From the NCBI GenBank assembly GCA_023444705.1, contig JAEXMB010000081.1, positions 37 through 64,036 on the forward strand: a stretch of DNA of 64,000 nt, read 5' to 3'. Positions 42,901-52,238 of the stretch are shown in pieces; position 1 is the first letter of the stretch; every line of letters begins with the position of its first letter. The notes below the pieces were generated by a model, which worked only from the letters and a program-made list of their open reading frames with translations, did no database searches and was not told the DNA's origin. A program made the translations under genes and the position numbers. The stretch comes from Pseudomonadota bacterium (GTDB lineage: Bacteria > Pseudomonadota > Alphaproteobacteria > Micavibrionales > UBA2020).

Positions 42901-43167
42901 CTGCGTCTGCGCCCCATTCTGATGACGTCGTTTGCCTTCATCATGGGTGTGGTGCCGCTGGTGTTCTCAAGCGGTGCGGGTGCGGAAATGCGCCAGGCCA
43001 TCGGCGTGACGGTATTTTCGGGCATGCTGGGGGTGACGTTCTTTGGCTTGTTCCTGACGCCTGTTTTCTACGTCATCCTGCGCACGCTGTCGGGCGGCAC
43101 CTTTGTCAGCCATCACGCGCATGCGCCTATCAACGTCCACTTCGACGACGAGGACAATAAACAATGA
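39970..43167 (+). CDS. RND multidrug efflux permease (AcrB/HAE1 family)
   Basis: MDISRFFVDRPIFAAVLSIIIFVTG... 1065 aa, 12-TM RND layout, with GLACKNAILIVEFA near the C-terminus. Confidence 0.97.
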   Translation: MDISRFFVDRPIFAAVLSIIIFVTGVIALPLLPISEYPEVTPPSVVVRASYPGANPKVIASTVATPLEEQINGVEDMIYMSSQSGADGQMALTVTFKLGTDPDKAQQLVQNRVNQALPRLPDIVRQVGVSTAKSSPNFIMVVHLVSPNGRYDADYLRNYGVLNVKDQLSRIEGMGEVMMFGGGDYAMRIWVDPNKIAELGLTASDVANAVREQNVQVAAGIIGGQPRPMDGNAGFELLVNTKGRLESVEEFENIIIKTTPTGGITRLKEVARVELGANQYAMRSLLNNKQAAAIGVFQSSDSNALDIAAAVRAKMAELKKNFPEDVDYTIVYDPTRFVRASIDAVIHTLIEAVILVVLVVIVFLQTWRASIIPLLAVPVSIVGTFGIMLGAGFSINNLTLFGLVLAIGIVVDDAIVVVENVERNIEDGLSPRDATYKAMQEVSGPIIAIALTLCAVFVPLAFITGLTGQFFRQFALTISISTVISAFNSLTLSPAMSALLLRGHDAPKDRLSRFMDSGFGWFFTRFNSFFHGMSHRYGQGLRRVIRVRVLAVLVYIGLAIGAAWLFMTLPQGYVPQQDKQYLVGFAQLPPGSSLDRTDAVLRRMSEIAMKTEGVQDAVAFPGLSISFGATSSAGVVFFPLTPFEERQTDELYGPAIAGKLMGQMAQIEDAYVGIFPPPPVEGMGTIGGFKLQLQDRGDKGYEELYQVLQAVQMKAWQNPVLANVFSSYQINVPQLDVDIDRTKAKQLGIPLANIFDTMQVYLGSLYINDFNRFGRTYQVVVQADAPFRDDASDIGQLKTRNMAGEMVPLGTVVNVAPSYGPDTASRYNLYRTAELNGGPAPGHSSGEAENAMIKILNETLPPGMSFEWTDLKYQQILAGNTTMFVFPLCVFLVFLVLAAQYESLMLPFIIILIVPVVVLCGIFGVWIWGGDNNIFTQIGLTVLVGLACKNAILIVEFARELEMQGVKPLEAALTASRLRLRPILMTSFAFIMGVVPLVFSSGAGAEMRQAIGVTVFSGMLGVTFFGLFLTPVFYVILRTLSGGTFVSHHAHAPINVHFDDEDNKQ

Positions 43168-44663
43168 TTACCCTTACGCCCCAAACCCTGTTGCGCCTGT
43201 CGGCGGTGATGACGCTTTCGCTGACGCTGGCGGCATGCTCGCTGGCGCCGGACTATAAAACGCCCGACGTGTCCGTGCCCGCGCACTTCAAGGAAGAGGC
43301 GATGAACCCCAACGCGCCCGTCGACCTCAAGGCGCAGTGGAGCGAAGCCAAGCCCGCCGCCGACCAGTCGCGCGGCCCGTGGTGGGAAATGTTCAACGAC
43401 CGCGAGCTGAGCCAGCTGGTGATCGAGGCGACCAACAGCAACCAGAACCTGGCCGCAATGGCCGCACGCGTCGAACAGGCGCGTCAGACCGCAGTCATCG
43501 AAGGTGCGGCGTTGTTCCCCATGATCAGCGGCGAGGCGGGCGTACAACGCGCGATGTCTTCCGCCGCCGGCACGGGCATCCCCGGTCCCTTCAAGCCGGA
43601 AACGATCTATCGCGCCGGCCTTGGCCTGAGCTATGAAATCGACCTGTTCGGGCGCGTGCGCAATACCCGCGCCGCCGCCGCCGCCAATACGGCCGCGGTC
43701 GCATCGGATTTCAACAGCATGCTGCTGACCCTGCAAAGTGACGTGGCGCAACTCTACTTCACGATGCGCGGTCAGGATGCCGAGATCAAACTGCTGCGCG
43801 AAACGCTGGGCTTGCGTAAAGACAGCCTGAAAATCCTTGAAAAGCGCCGCGATGTCGGCACGGTGACCGATCTTGAGGTTGCGCAAAACATCGTCGACCT
43901 TGAAAATACCCGTGCGGCGCTGGAGCAACTTGAAAGCGAGCGCTCGCGCAACGAAAACGCGCTGGCCGTTCTGCTGGGCAAGGCACCGGCCGAATTCTCG
44001 CTGGCGCAAAAGCCGCTGAGCGCGCAGGCGCCCAAGGTGCCGGCGGGCCTGCCCTCGACCTTGCTCGAGCGCCGTCCTGACATTGCCGCCGCGCAATATA
44101 ACCTGATGGCCGCCAATGCGCGCATCGGTATCGCACGCGCGGCGTTCTTTCCCTCACTGTCGCTGACGGCGTCGGGTGGGTTCGCCTCGGAAAGTCTTGG
44201 CAAGCTGTTTGACTGGTCAAGCCGCACCTGGGCTATCGGCCCGCTGATGACGCTGCCGATCTTTCAGGGCGGACGCATCGTGGCGGAAAACGAGCGTACC
44301 AAGGCGGCCTATGCTGAAAGCGTCGCTATCTACCGCCAGCAGGTGCTGGGCGCGTTTCAGGATGTGGAAGACACGCTGTCGCGCCTGAAGATGCGCGACG
44401 CGCAGGCGCAATCCTATGGCCGCGCCAAGGCCGCTGCCGACAAGGCGGCGCGTCTGGCCTCGCTGCGTTTTGAAAGCGGGGATACCGGCTATCTCGAGGA
44501 AATCGAGGCCAAGCAAAGCGCGCTCAATGCGGGCCGCGCCGTCATCCAGACGCAGGCTGGCAAGATGGTCGATACCGTGCAGCTGGTACGTGCCCTTGGC
44601 GGTGATTTCACGGCCGATTTCGGCGGCGTGCGCCCCACGCCTGCCGCGCCGAAAAAACAGTAA
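43164..44663 (+). CDS. RND efflux outer-membrane factor lipoprotein (NodT/OprM family)
   Basis: Lipobox LTLAACS, and the tandem OEP repeats RPDIAAAQ / FFPSLSLTASGG. A 4-nt ATGA overlap links it to the permease gene. Confidence 0.93.
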   Translation: MITLTPQTLLRLSAVMTLSLTLAACSLAPDYKTPDVSVPAHFKEEAMNPNAPVDLKAQWSEAKPAADQSRGPWWEMFNDRELSQLVIEATNSNQNLAAMAARVEQARQTAVIEGAALFPMISGEAGVQRAMSSAAGTGIPGPFKPETIYRAGLGLSYEIDLFGRVRNTRAAAAANTAAVASDFNSMLLTLQSDVAQLYFTMRGQDAEIKLLRETLGLRKDSLKILEKRRDVGTVTDLEVAQNIVDLENTRAALEQLESERSRNENALAVLLGKAPAEFSLAQKPLSAQAPKVPAGLPSTLLERRPDIAAAQYNLMAANARIGIARAAFFPSLSLTASGGFASESLGKLFDWSSRTWAIGPLMTLPIFQGGRIVAENERTKAAYAESVAIYRQQVLGAFQDVEDTLSRLKMRDAQAQSYGRAKAAADKAARLASLRFESGDTGYLEEIEAKQSALNAGRAVIQTQAGKMVDTVQLVRALGGDFTADFGGVRPTPAAPKKQ

Positions 44664-44675
44664 GAGCAAAGAAAC

Positions 44676-45482
44676 TCAGCCGTTGTGCTTGACCACGCGG
44701 GCGGGAACGCCCGCGATGGTCACATCTGCGGGCATGTCTTCAAGCACAAGGCTGCCCGAGGCGACGATGCTGCGGTCGCCGATGCGCGTGCGGCCAAGGA
44801 TTGACGCTCCCGCGCCGATCACCACCTGATTGCCGACGATGGGGTGGCGGTCGCCCTTGATGAATTCCTTGGTGCCTAGCGTCACGCCGTGCAGGATCAG
44901 CACATCATCACCCACGATCGCGGTTTCGCCGATGACAATGCCGGTGGCATGGTCAAGCACGATGCCGCTGCCCATTTTGGTGGCGGGGTGGATGTCGACG
45001 GCGTAGATCTGCGACAGGCGGCTTTGGATATAAAGCGCAATCGGCTGGCGGCCATCCTTCCATAGCTGGTGGGCAAGGCGCCAGCCCTGCAGGGCCTGAA
45101 ACCCCTTGAAGAACAGCATGCACGACGCATGGTCGCGCGCGGCGGGGTCGTCACGCAAAATGGCGGCAAGATCGCGCGCGGCGGCTTCGGAAATTTCGCA
45201 ATGCGCGCGGTAGAGGTGCGCGAAGGTATCGTGGAAAATATCGCTGCCGATATCCGCGCAGCCAAGATGATCGGCCAGCAGGCGCGCAAGGCCGTCGCCC
45301 AGCGTGGGCGCGCCGGTGATATAGCGGTCGATGATGCTCTGCAACAAAGGTTCGCGCGCGCTCAATTCCACGCCCTGTTGCTGGACATCGCGCCATAAAT
45401 CGGCGGCACCCGGGCATGGCGTGATCTTACGCGCATCGGTGCAGGGCAGGACGGTGGTGTCGTCTATATTCGCACTTGTCAT
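44676..45482 (-). CDS. cysE: Serine O-acetyltransferase
   Basis: SAT N-domain (DPAARDHASCMLFFKGFQALQGWRLAHQLW), then hexapeptide repeats DIHPATKMGSGIVLDHATGIVIGETAIVGDDVLILHGVTLG. Confidence 0.92.
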   Translation of the reverse strand: MTSANIDDTTVLPCTDARKITPCPGAADLWRDVQQQGVELSAREPLLQSIIDRYITGAPTLGDGLARLLADHLGCADIGSDIFHDTFAHLYRAHCEISEAAARDLAAILRDDPAARDHASCMLFFKGFQALQGWRLAHQLWKDGRQPIALYIQSRLSQIYAVDIHPATKMGSGIVLDHATGIVIGETAIVGDDVLILHGVTLGTKEFIKGDRHPIVGNQVVIGAGASILGRTRIGDRSIVASGSLVLEDMPADVTIAGVPARVVKHNG

Positions 45483-45590
45483 GCCTGATAAAGTATCGTC
45501 TTATAAATCGCCTGTAAAAACTTATTTATTGTTCATAAATCAGTCGTCTTTTGCGCTCGCCGGCTGGCACAAAGACTGGAGCAGACCTGC

Positions 45591-47003
45591 ATGACCGCAA
45601 CGACCGCCACCGCATCCACGCCCACCGCAATCCCGACCTCGGTTTTATCCTTCATCGGCGCAACACCGCTGGTCCGGTTGACCAAATTCGACACCGGTCC
45701 GTGCGAGCTGTACGTCAAGCTTGAATCCCACAATCCCGGCGGGTCGATCAAAGACCGCATCGCGCTGCGCATGATCGAGGCGGCAGAGCAATCCGGCAAG
45801 CTCAAGCCCGGGGGCACGATTGTCGAGGCGACGGCGGGCAATACCGGTCTTGGCCTTGCGCTGATCGCGGCACTCAAGGGCTACAAGGTTGTGCTGGTCG
45901 TGCCCGACAAAATGTCGCGCGAGAAAGTGCAACACTGCAAGGCGCTTGGGGCAGAGATCATTTCCGCGCGCTCCGACGTCGTCAAGGGCGACCCCGAATA
46001 CTATCAGGACATTGCCGAGCGCGTGGCGCAGGAACGTCAGGCGTTTTACATCAACCAGTTTTCCAACCCCGCCAACCCGCAAACGCACGAGGACTGGACC
46101 GCGCCTGAAATCTGGGAGCAGATGAACCACGATGTCGACGCCGTTGTCTGCGGTGTCGGGTCGGGGGGTACGCTGACGGGCATTGGCCGCTATTTCAAAA
46201 AGGTCAGCCCGAAAACAAAAATGGTGCTGGCCGATCCGGTCGGATCAATCCTGGCGCCGCTGGTGAACGAGGGCAAGGATGTGACGCCCGGCTCGTGGCT
46301 GGTCGAGGGCATTGGCGAGGATTTCGTGCCCGATATTCTCGAACTCGACCTCACGCGCGAGGCTTTTGCCATCAGCGACAACGAAAGCCTTGATACCGTG
46401 CGCGATCTTGTCCAGCGCGAAGGCATCCTTGCGGGGTCGTCTTCGGGCACGCTGGTGGCGGCGGCGCTCAAGTACTGCCGCGCCCAGACGCAGAAAAAGC
46501 GCGTGGTGACCTTTATTTGCGACCGCGGCGATAAATACCTGTCGAAAGTCTTCAGCGACCCGTGGGTGCGCGAACAGGGGTTTAGCGACGCCAAGGTCAC
46601 CAAGACCGTGGCTGATATGCTCACACGCACGCATGCGCGCGGCGAAACCGTTTTCGTGCGCAAGCAGGATACCGTGCTGACCGCCTACAAGCGCATGCGT
46701 CTGGCCGATGTCTCGCAACTGCCCGTCATCGAGGGCAACGACAAAATCGTCGGCCTGCTGACCGAAGACGTTCTGCTCAACGCTCTGATGGCGATGAAGG
46801 AGGGCGACAGCCTGAGCAAGCGTACCGTCGGCGACGTGATGGAAAAAGTGTTTATCAGTGTACCGCTTGAAACCGCAACGCATGAAGCCGCGCGTCTGCT
46901 GCAAACCCACCCCGTGCTGGTGGTGACTGACGGCGATGCCTTTGCCGGCGTCATTACGCGTATTGACGTACTCAACAACCTTGTCCTGCAATTGCCGCGC
47001 TAG
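45591..47003 (+). CDS. Cystathionine beta-synthase-type enzyme (CysK-like PLP domain plus C-terminal CBS pair)
   Basis: The PLP-lysine region is ESHNPGGSIKDR, followed by GNTGLGLAL and a GSGGT loop. The C-terminal ~130 aa have a CBS-domain pattern (VSQLPVIE...VLVVTD). Confidence 0.85.
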   Translation: MTATTATASTPTAIPTSVLSFIGATPLVRLTKFDTGPCELYVKLESHNPGGSIKDRIALRMIEAAEQSGKLKPGGTIVEATAGNTGLGLALIAALKGYKVVLVVPDKMSREKVQHCKALGAEIISARSDVVKGDPEYYQDIAERVAQERQAFYINQFSNPANPQTHEDWTAPEIWEQMNHDVDAVVCGVGSGGTLTGIGRYFKKVSPKTKMVLADPVGSILAPLVNEGKDVTPGSWLVEGIGEDFVPDILELDLTREAFAISDNESLDTVRDLVQREGILAGSSSGTLVAAALKYCRAQTQKKRVVTFICDRGDKYLSKVFSDPWVREQGFSDAKVTKTVADMLTRTHARGETVFVRKQDTVLTAYKRMRLADVSQLPVIEGNDKIVGLLTEDVLLNALMAMKEGDSLSKRTVGDVMEKVFISVPLETATHEAARLLQTHPVLVVTDGDAFAGVITRIDVLNNLVLQLPR

Positions 47004-47013
47004 GAGTATTGCC

Positions 47014-48201
47014 ATGAGCCACGATAAACCCGCCGACATGAAATTCGCCACTGCCTGCATCCATGCGGGCCAATCCCCCGACCCGACGACGGGCGCGGTG
47101 TCGATGCCGATTTACGCGAATTCGACCTATGTGCAATCCGCCCCCGGCGAACACAAGGGCTTCGTTTACGCGCGCGGTCACAACCCAACGCGTTTTGCGC
47201 TTGAACGCGCACTGGCCGCCCTTGAAGGAGGGGCGGGCGGTTTTTGCTTTGGCTCGGGCCTTGCGGCGATGGATGCCGTGCTGGACCTGCTGCCTGCAAA
47301 TGCGCATATGGTCGCGAGCGACGATTTGTATGGCGGCAGCTATCGCCTGTTCGAGCGCGTACGCAAAGGCTCAACCGGACTTGAGGTAACCTACGTCGAC
47401 ATGAACGACCTTGACGCGGTCAAGGCCGCGATCCGCCCCAATACGCGCATGTTGTGGGTTGAAACGCCCAGCAACCCCTTGCTCAAGATCATCGACATCG
47501 CGGCGGCTGCCGACATCGCCAAAGGCCGCGATATCCTCACCGTGGTCGACAATACCTTTGCCACGCCGTGGTGCCAGCAACCGCTGGCATTCGGTGCCGA
47601 TATTGTCGTGCATTCGCTGACGAAATACGTCGGCGGGCATTCCGACCTGATCGGCGGTGCGGTCATTACGCTCAACGATGACCTCAGCGAGCGCATCAAG
47701 TTCATTCAGAATGCAACGGGCGGCATCCTTGGCCCGTTTGAAAGCTTCCTGGCCCTGCGTGGTCTCAAGACGCTTGATGTGCGCATGGAGCGCCATTGCC
47801 GCAGCGCACAGCGTGTGGCCGAATGGCTGGAGGCGCATCCGCAGGTCGAAAAGGTCTACTACCCCGGCCTGCCAAGCCACCCCGGCCATGCACTGGCGGC
47901 GCGCCAGATGCGCGGCTTTGGCGGCATGGTGACGGCAGTGCTGAAAACCGATCTTGCGGGTGCGAAAAGAATGCTGTCGAACTGCCGCATCTTTACGCTG
48001 GCCGAAAGCCTTGGTGGCGTTGAAAGCCTGATCGAGCATCCGGCCATCATGACGCATGCCTCCATCCCCCAGGCCCAGCGCGAGGCGCTTGGTATCGCCG
48101 ACGGCCTGATCCGTCTGTCGGTTGGTATCGAGGCTGTCGATGACCTGATCGCCGACCTTGACCAGGCTATCGCCAACATGGGCGTTGCGGCCGCAGCCTG
48201 A
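47014..48201 (+). CDS. Cystathionine gamma-lyase / gamma-synthase family (Cys/Met metabolism PLP enzyme)
   Basis: ATACIHAGQ...MPIYANSTY...VVHSLTKYVGGHSDLIGG (the PLP lysine) ...IRLSVGIE. The start is taken at MSHDK. Confidence 0.9.
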   Translation: MSHDKPADMKFATACIHAGQSPDPTTGAVSMPIYANSTYVQSAPGEHKGFVYARGHNPTRFALERALAALEGGAGGFCFGSGLAAMDAVLDLLPANAHMVASDDLYGGSYRLFERVRKGSTGLEVTYVDMNDLDAVKAAIRPNTRMLWVETPSNPLLKIIDIAAAADIAKGRDILTVVDNTFATPWCQQPLAFGADIVVHSLTKYVGGHSDLIGGAVITLNDDLSERIKFIQNATGGILGPFESFLALRGLKTLDVRMERHCRSAQRVAEWLEAHPQVEKVYYPGLPSHPGHALAARQMRGFGGMVTAVLKTDLAGAKRMLSNCRIFTLAESLGGVESLIEHPAIMTHASIPQAQREALGIADGLIRLSVGIEAVDDLIADLDQAIANMGVAAAA

Positions 48202-49145
48202 TGGCAATGACGCTGATCGCCGACATCGGCGCGACCAACGCACGCTTTGCACTGGCAGACGGCCACGGCGGTTATGACGGCGTGCGCGTCTATGCCTGCG
48301 CCAACTACCCGCAATTTGCCGATGCGATCACGCATTATTGTGCCGAAAGCGGTGTTGCGCCCACGCGCGCCGTGGTGTCGATCGCAGGGCCGCTTGATGG
48401 CAGCGATATAATACGCATGACCAACCATGTGTGGGAATTTTCTATCCAGCAAACGGCAGCGGCTTTCGGCTGGAGCGCGCTGCGCGTGGTCAATGATTTT
48501 ACCGCTGTCGCGCTGTCGGTGCCGCATTTGCAGGACGGGCGCGATTTTTATGCAGTCGGCAATGGCCAGCGCCAGCCCGGTGCGCCTATCGCCATCATCG
48601 GTCCCGGCACGGGGCTTGGCGTTGCGGGCATTTGCTTTGATGTTGAGGGCCGCCCGGTTATCCTCAGCACCGAAGGCGGGCATGTCAGCGTGCCGGTGCA
48701 AACGGCGCGTGAATTCGCAGTGGTCGACTGGTTGTTGCATAACAAATACAGCCATGTCTCGGCCGAGCGCGTGGCCTCGGGCAAGGGGCTGGTCAACGTC
48801 TACAACGCGCTGTGTGCGCTGGATGGCATTGACCCACGCTATGACGATCCTGCCGTCATCATGCGCGAAGGGCTTGCTGGCGGCGACAAACAGTCGCACG
48901 AGGCGGTTGATTTATTTTGCCACTGGCTGGGATCCGTCGCGGGCAATCTGGCGCTGAGTTACGGCGCGTTTGGGGGCGTGTATATCGCGGGCGGTATCGT
49001 GCCGCAAATGGGCGATGCCTTCGCCACCAGCCGTTTTCGCGACAGCTTTTTATCCAAAGGGCGCTATCGCGGCTATCTTGACCGCATCGCCACCGTGGTC
49101 ATCACGCATCCGCAACCGGGATTGCTGGGTCTTGCGGCACTTTAG
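48201..49145 (+). CDS. glk: Glucokinase
   Basis: LIADIGATNARFAL...GPGTGLGVAG...EGGH are ROK-less Glk-family motifs. A 1-nt TGATG overlap links it to the upstream gene. Confidence 0.9.
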   Translation: MAMTLIADIGATNARFALADGHGGYDGVRVYACANYPQFADAITHYCAESGVAPTRAVVSIAGPLDGSDIIRMTNHVWEFSIQQTAAAFGWSALRVVNDFTAVALSVPHLQDGRDFYAVGNGQRQPGAPIAIIGPGTGLGVAGICFDVEGRPVILSTEGGHVSVPVQTAREFAVVDWLLHNKYSHVSAERVASGKGLVNVYNALCALDGIDPRYDDPAVIMREGLAGGDKQSHEAVDLFCHWLGSVAGNLALSYGAFGGVYIAGGIVPQMGDAFATSRFRDSFLSKGRYRGYLDRIATVVITHPQPGLLGLAAL

Positions 49146-50770
49146 GCCTTGTGCGCCATCCACCAGCCCCATGCGGGCAGTTCAAGCGTTGTGTCTTTAT
49201 ACATGCCTGTGATGTCTTCAAGGGCGGCGGTGCGATAGCCTGCGCCTACCTGCATGCTTTGCGGGTGTTCCGACAAGTTGAAATAGCAGGCGATGCCGCC
49301 GCGCGTAAATCCCAGAACCGTTTCGGGCAGGCCGTCGATGAAATCCATACCGGCCAGACGCAGTTCGGGGTTGTTTTTACGCCATGCGATCAGGCGGCGC
49401 GCGGTGTGAAGTGCGGCCTGCGGGTCGGCTTCCTGCGCATCCACTGCCAGCAACTGGTGTTCGGCGGGCACGGGCAGCCAGCTGTCGCGCGCGGTTGAAA
49501 AACCGGCGTGAACGGCGTTGCTTTGCCAGGGCATCGGTGTGCGGCACCCATCGCGGCCCTTGTCTTCGGGCCACAAAAAGATGCCATAGGGGTCCTGCAG
49601 GCGCTCGAACGGCACGTCGGCTTCGGGCAGGCCAAGCTCCTCGCCCTCGAACATGAAAATCGTGCCGCGCAGGCTCAGCAACAGTGCCTGCATCATCTTG
49701 ATCTGCTCAAGGCTGGCATGGCGGCCATCGGCTGCCCAGCGCGTGGCGGTGCGGCGCATGTCGTGGTTGGAAAACGCCCATGCGGGCCAGCTGTCTTTAT
49801 AGGACTGATACCCCGTAATGATCTCGCGCATGGCGGCGGGCGAAAAGACGTGGTCTTGTATCAGCGCGAAGTTATAGGCCGTATGCACGCGCCCGTCGCC
49901 GTGCGTATAGGCGGCGGAGGTGCCGGCCGGATCGTCGTCGTAAATCTCGGCCACCATCATGCGGTCGTCGTATTGATCTGTCAGTGCGCGCAGACGTTCG
50001 ACAAAGGCAAGGTTTTCAGGGCGCGTACGGTCATAGACGTGGCTTTGCCAGTAATAGGGATGATCGTTGCGGTCCTTGCCCGCCGTGGCGCGGTCGATGT
50101 TGGGGTTGGGCGGGTTGTCGCGCAACTGGTCGTCCTGAATGCAGTGGTTCAGCACATCAAGCCGAAAGCCGTCAACGCCACGCTCCAGCCACCATTTCAG
50201 CACATCAAGCAACGCATCCTGCACTTCGGGGTTGCGCACGTTGAGGTCTGGCTGTTCCTTCAAAAACTGGTGCAGGTAGTATTGCCCGCGCTTGGTGTCA
50301 TAGCTCCACGCCGGGCCGCCAAAAACAGACAGCCAGTTGTTGGGTGCGCCGCCGTCTTCCTTGGGGCTGGCCCAAACATACCAGTCGGATTTGGGGTTGT
50401 CGCGGCTCTGGCGGCTTTGCTGGAACCACGGGTGCTGGATGGAGGAATGGTTCATCACCACGTCGATGATGAGCTTGATCCCGCGCTTGTGCATTTCCGC
50501 CAGCATGGTGTCGAAATCATCAAGCGTGCCAAAGATAGGGTCGACGTTGCAGTAATCGGCAACGTCATAGCCGAAATCCGCCATTGGCGAGGTAAAGAAC
50601 GGCGACAGCCACACACCGTCAACGCCAAGGCTTTTGATGTAGTCAAGCTTTTGTGTGATGCCTGCAAGGTCGCCGATGCCGTCGCCGTTGCTGTCGAAAA
50701 AGCTGCGCGGGTAGACCTGATAGATCACCCCGCCGCGCCACCATGAAAGTTTTCCGTGCTGATCCGCCAT
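49142..50770 (-). CDS. GH13 alpha-glucosidase / oligo-1,6-glucosidase family
   Basis: WWRGGVIYQVYPRSF.DSNGDGIGDL.GI...DVVMNHSS...GVDGFRLDV...MVAEIYD...FSNHD are conserved regions I-IV of the alpha-amylase family. Confidence 0.93.
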   Translation of the reverse strand: MADQHGKLSWWRGGVIYQVYPRSFFDSNGDGIGDLAGITQKLDYIKSLGVDGVWLSPFFTSPMADFGYDVADYCNVDPIFGTLDDFDTMLAEMHKRGIKLIIDVVMNHSSIQHPWFQQSRQSRDNPKSDWYVWASPKEDGGAPNNWLSVFGGPAWSYDTKRGQYYLHQFLKEQPDLNVRNPEVQDALLDVLKWWLERGVDGFRLDVLNHCIQDDQLRDNPPNPNIDRATAGKDRNDHPYYWQSHVYDRTRPENLAFVERLRALTDQYDDRMMVAEIYDDDPAGTSAAYTHGDGRVHTAYNFALIQDHVFSPAAMREIITGYQSYKDSWPAWAFSNHDMRRTATRWAADGRHASLEQIKMMQALLLSLRGTIFMFEGEELGLPEADVPFERLQDPYGIFLWPEDKGRDGCRTPMPWQSNAVHAGFSTARDSWLPVPAEHQLLAVDAQEADPQAALHTARRLIAWRKNNPELRLAGMDFIDGLPETVLGFTRGGIACYFNLSEHPQSMQVGAGYRTAALEDITGMYKDTTLELPAWGWWMAHKA

Positions 50771-50891
50771 GCTCTGCCACTCCGGTCCTGTCCGATCAAA
50801 GAGGTGTCAAGCTTAGCCAAACACCGGGGGGATAGCAAGGACAGGGCCGGAGGCGGCGGGCGACGCTTTGTTCAGGCAAGCCGAGGAGGGA

Positions 50892-52238
50892 TCATCGCTC
50901 GCTGAAGGCTGTCGCCATCGCCGATTGCAGAGGTTTGAGCAGATAGGTCATGATGGTTTTCTCGCCGGTGACGATATCGGCCATCACTGTCATGCCGGGC
51001 AGGATGCGGTTGGCGGTCGTGCCGACATAAGGTTTTTCAAGCGCGACGGTGCCTTCGTAAAAGCGCTCCCCTTTCTCGCCCGCAAAGGTGCTGGGGGAAA
51101 GCGCGGTCAGCCTGCCGCGCACGGCGCCATAGCGCGCAAAGTCAAAACTGCTGACCTTGACCTGCACATTCTGGCCGATTTTCAGATGGCCGATATCGGC
51201 GGGGCGGATGCGCAGGTTGACCACCAGCGGCCCGTCATTGGGCACAATTTCCATCACCGCCTGTGCCGGCTGGATGACGCCGCCGCGCAATTGCAGGTTC
51301 AGCCCCTGCACCATGCCGTCAATAGGGGCCGTGACCAGAAGGTTTTCAAGGCGGTTTTGCAATTTGGCGATCAGTTCGCGGTTTTCGCCTGATTGCGCCA
51401 GCACGCCGTCAAGTTCGCGGTGAGCGTCATCGGCGCGGCCGGCACTCATCGCCTGCTTGCGGGTGGTCAGCTCTGCCAGCATGGCCTGCGTGCCTGCAAC
51501 GTCGCCACGCAGGCGGTCGCGCGCGGCGACGGCATCGTTATAGCGTTGTTCGGTTTCCATCAGGCGCACGTCCGACAACACGCCCTGCCGGTTGAGCGCG
51601 CGGCGCTTGTCCATCAGCGATGTCATCAACGCGGCATTGCGCTCGGCACTGGCGCTGGCGCGGTGCAGGGCGGATAGTTCGGCCTGTTTCTGGCGGATCT
51701 GCTCGTCGATCACGGCCATGTCTTGCGCTGCCGATGTCTGCTGGCTTTTGAGGAAAGCGGCCTGATCGGCGATCAGTGCGTCTGCCTCCGCGCCATCTGC
51801 GGCAAAGACGGGCGCGCGGCCTTCGATCAGGGCGCGCAGGCGTTCTTCCTGCAGGTCAAGCGTGGTCTGGCGTGCCTGTGCGCGGGCAAGATCCTGGCGG
51901 ATATCGGCATCGTCCAGACGCAGAAGCGGATCGCCCCTTTTAACCATCTGGCCATCGCGCACCATGACGCTGGCCACGGTGCCGCCGTCGCGGTGCTGCA
52001 CCATGCGGCTTTGCGTGGCGGGCACGGCCTCGCCCGGCGCGCGCGCCACTTCGCCGACGTGGGCAAAGCAGGCCCAGACGATAAAGGCCAGCAACATCGT
52101 ACACAGCGTTGCGATGGTGGCACGCAAGATGCCCGGCGTTTCGGCTTCGGCCAGACGGATGGATTGCGCAAGATAGCGGGTTTGATGGGTGATGCGGTGT
52201 TTTTGCGTGCGGTGCAGGTCAAGGGTTGTGCTGGTCAT
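50892..52238 (-). CDS. HlyD-family type I secretion membrane fusion protein
   Basis: An N-terminal TM helix and a long coiled coil are followed by the C-terminal barrel, ending ...MTYLLKPL. This is a typical T1SS MFP. A 1-nt overlap links it to the upstream ABC gene. Confidence 0.93.
   Translation of the reverse strand: MTSTTLDLHRTQKHRITHQTRYLAQSIRLAEAETPGILRATIATLCTMLLAFIVWACFAHVGEVARAPGEAVPATQSRMVQHRDGGTVASVMVRDGQMVKRGDPLLRLDDADIRQDLARAQARQTTLDLQEERLRALIEGRAPVFAADGAEADALIADQAAFLKSQQTSAAQDMAVIDEQIRQKQAELSALHRASASAERNAALMTSLMDKRRALNRQGVLSDVRLMETEQRYNDAVAARDRLRGDVAGTQAMLAELTTRKQAMSAGRADDAHRELDGVLAQSGENRELIAKLQNRLENLLVTAPIDGMVQGLNLQLRGGVIQPAQAVMEIVPNDGPLVVNLRIRPADIGHLKIGQNVQVKVSSFDFARYGAVRGRLTALSPSTFAGEKGERFYEGTVALEKPYVGTTANRILPGMTVMADIVTGEKTIMTYLLKPLQSAMATAFSER

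Noticed and set aside
45565-45581. TGGCAC-AAAGA-CTGGA upstream of the cystathionine beta-synthase-like gene, resembling a sigma54 -24 box
   Set aside because: The -12 element lacks the invariant GC (TTGC) at the correct spacing. It is probably a chance TGGCAC.
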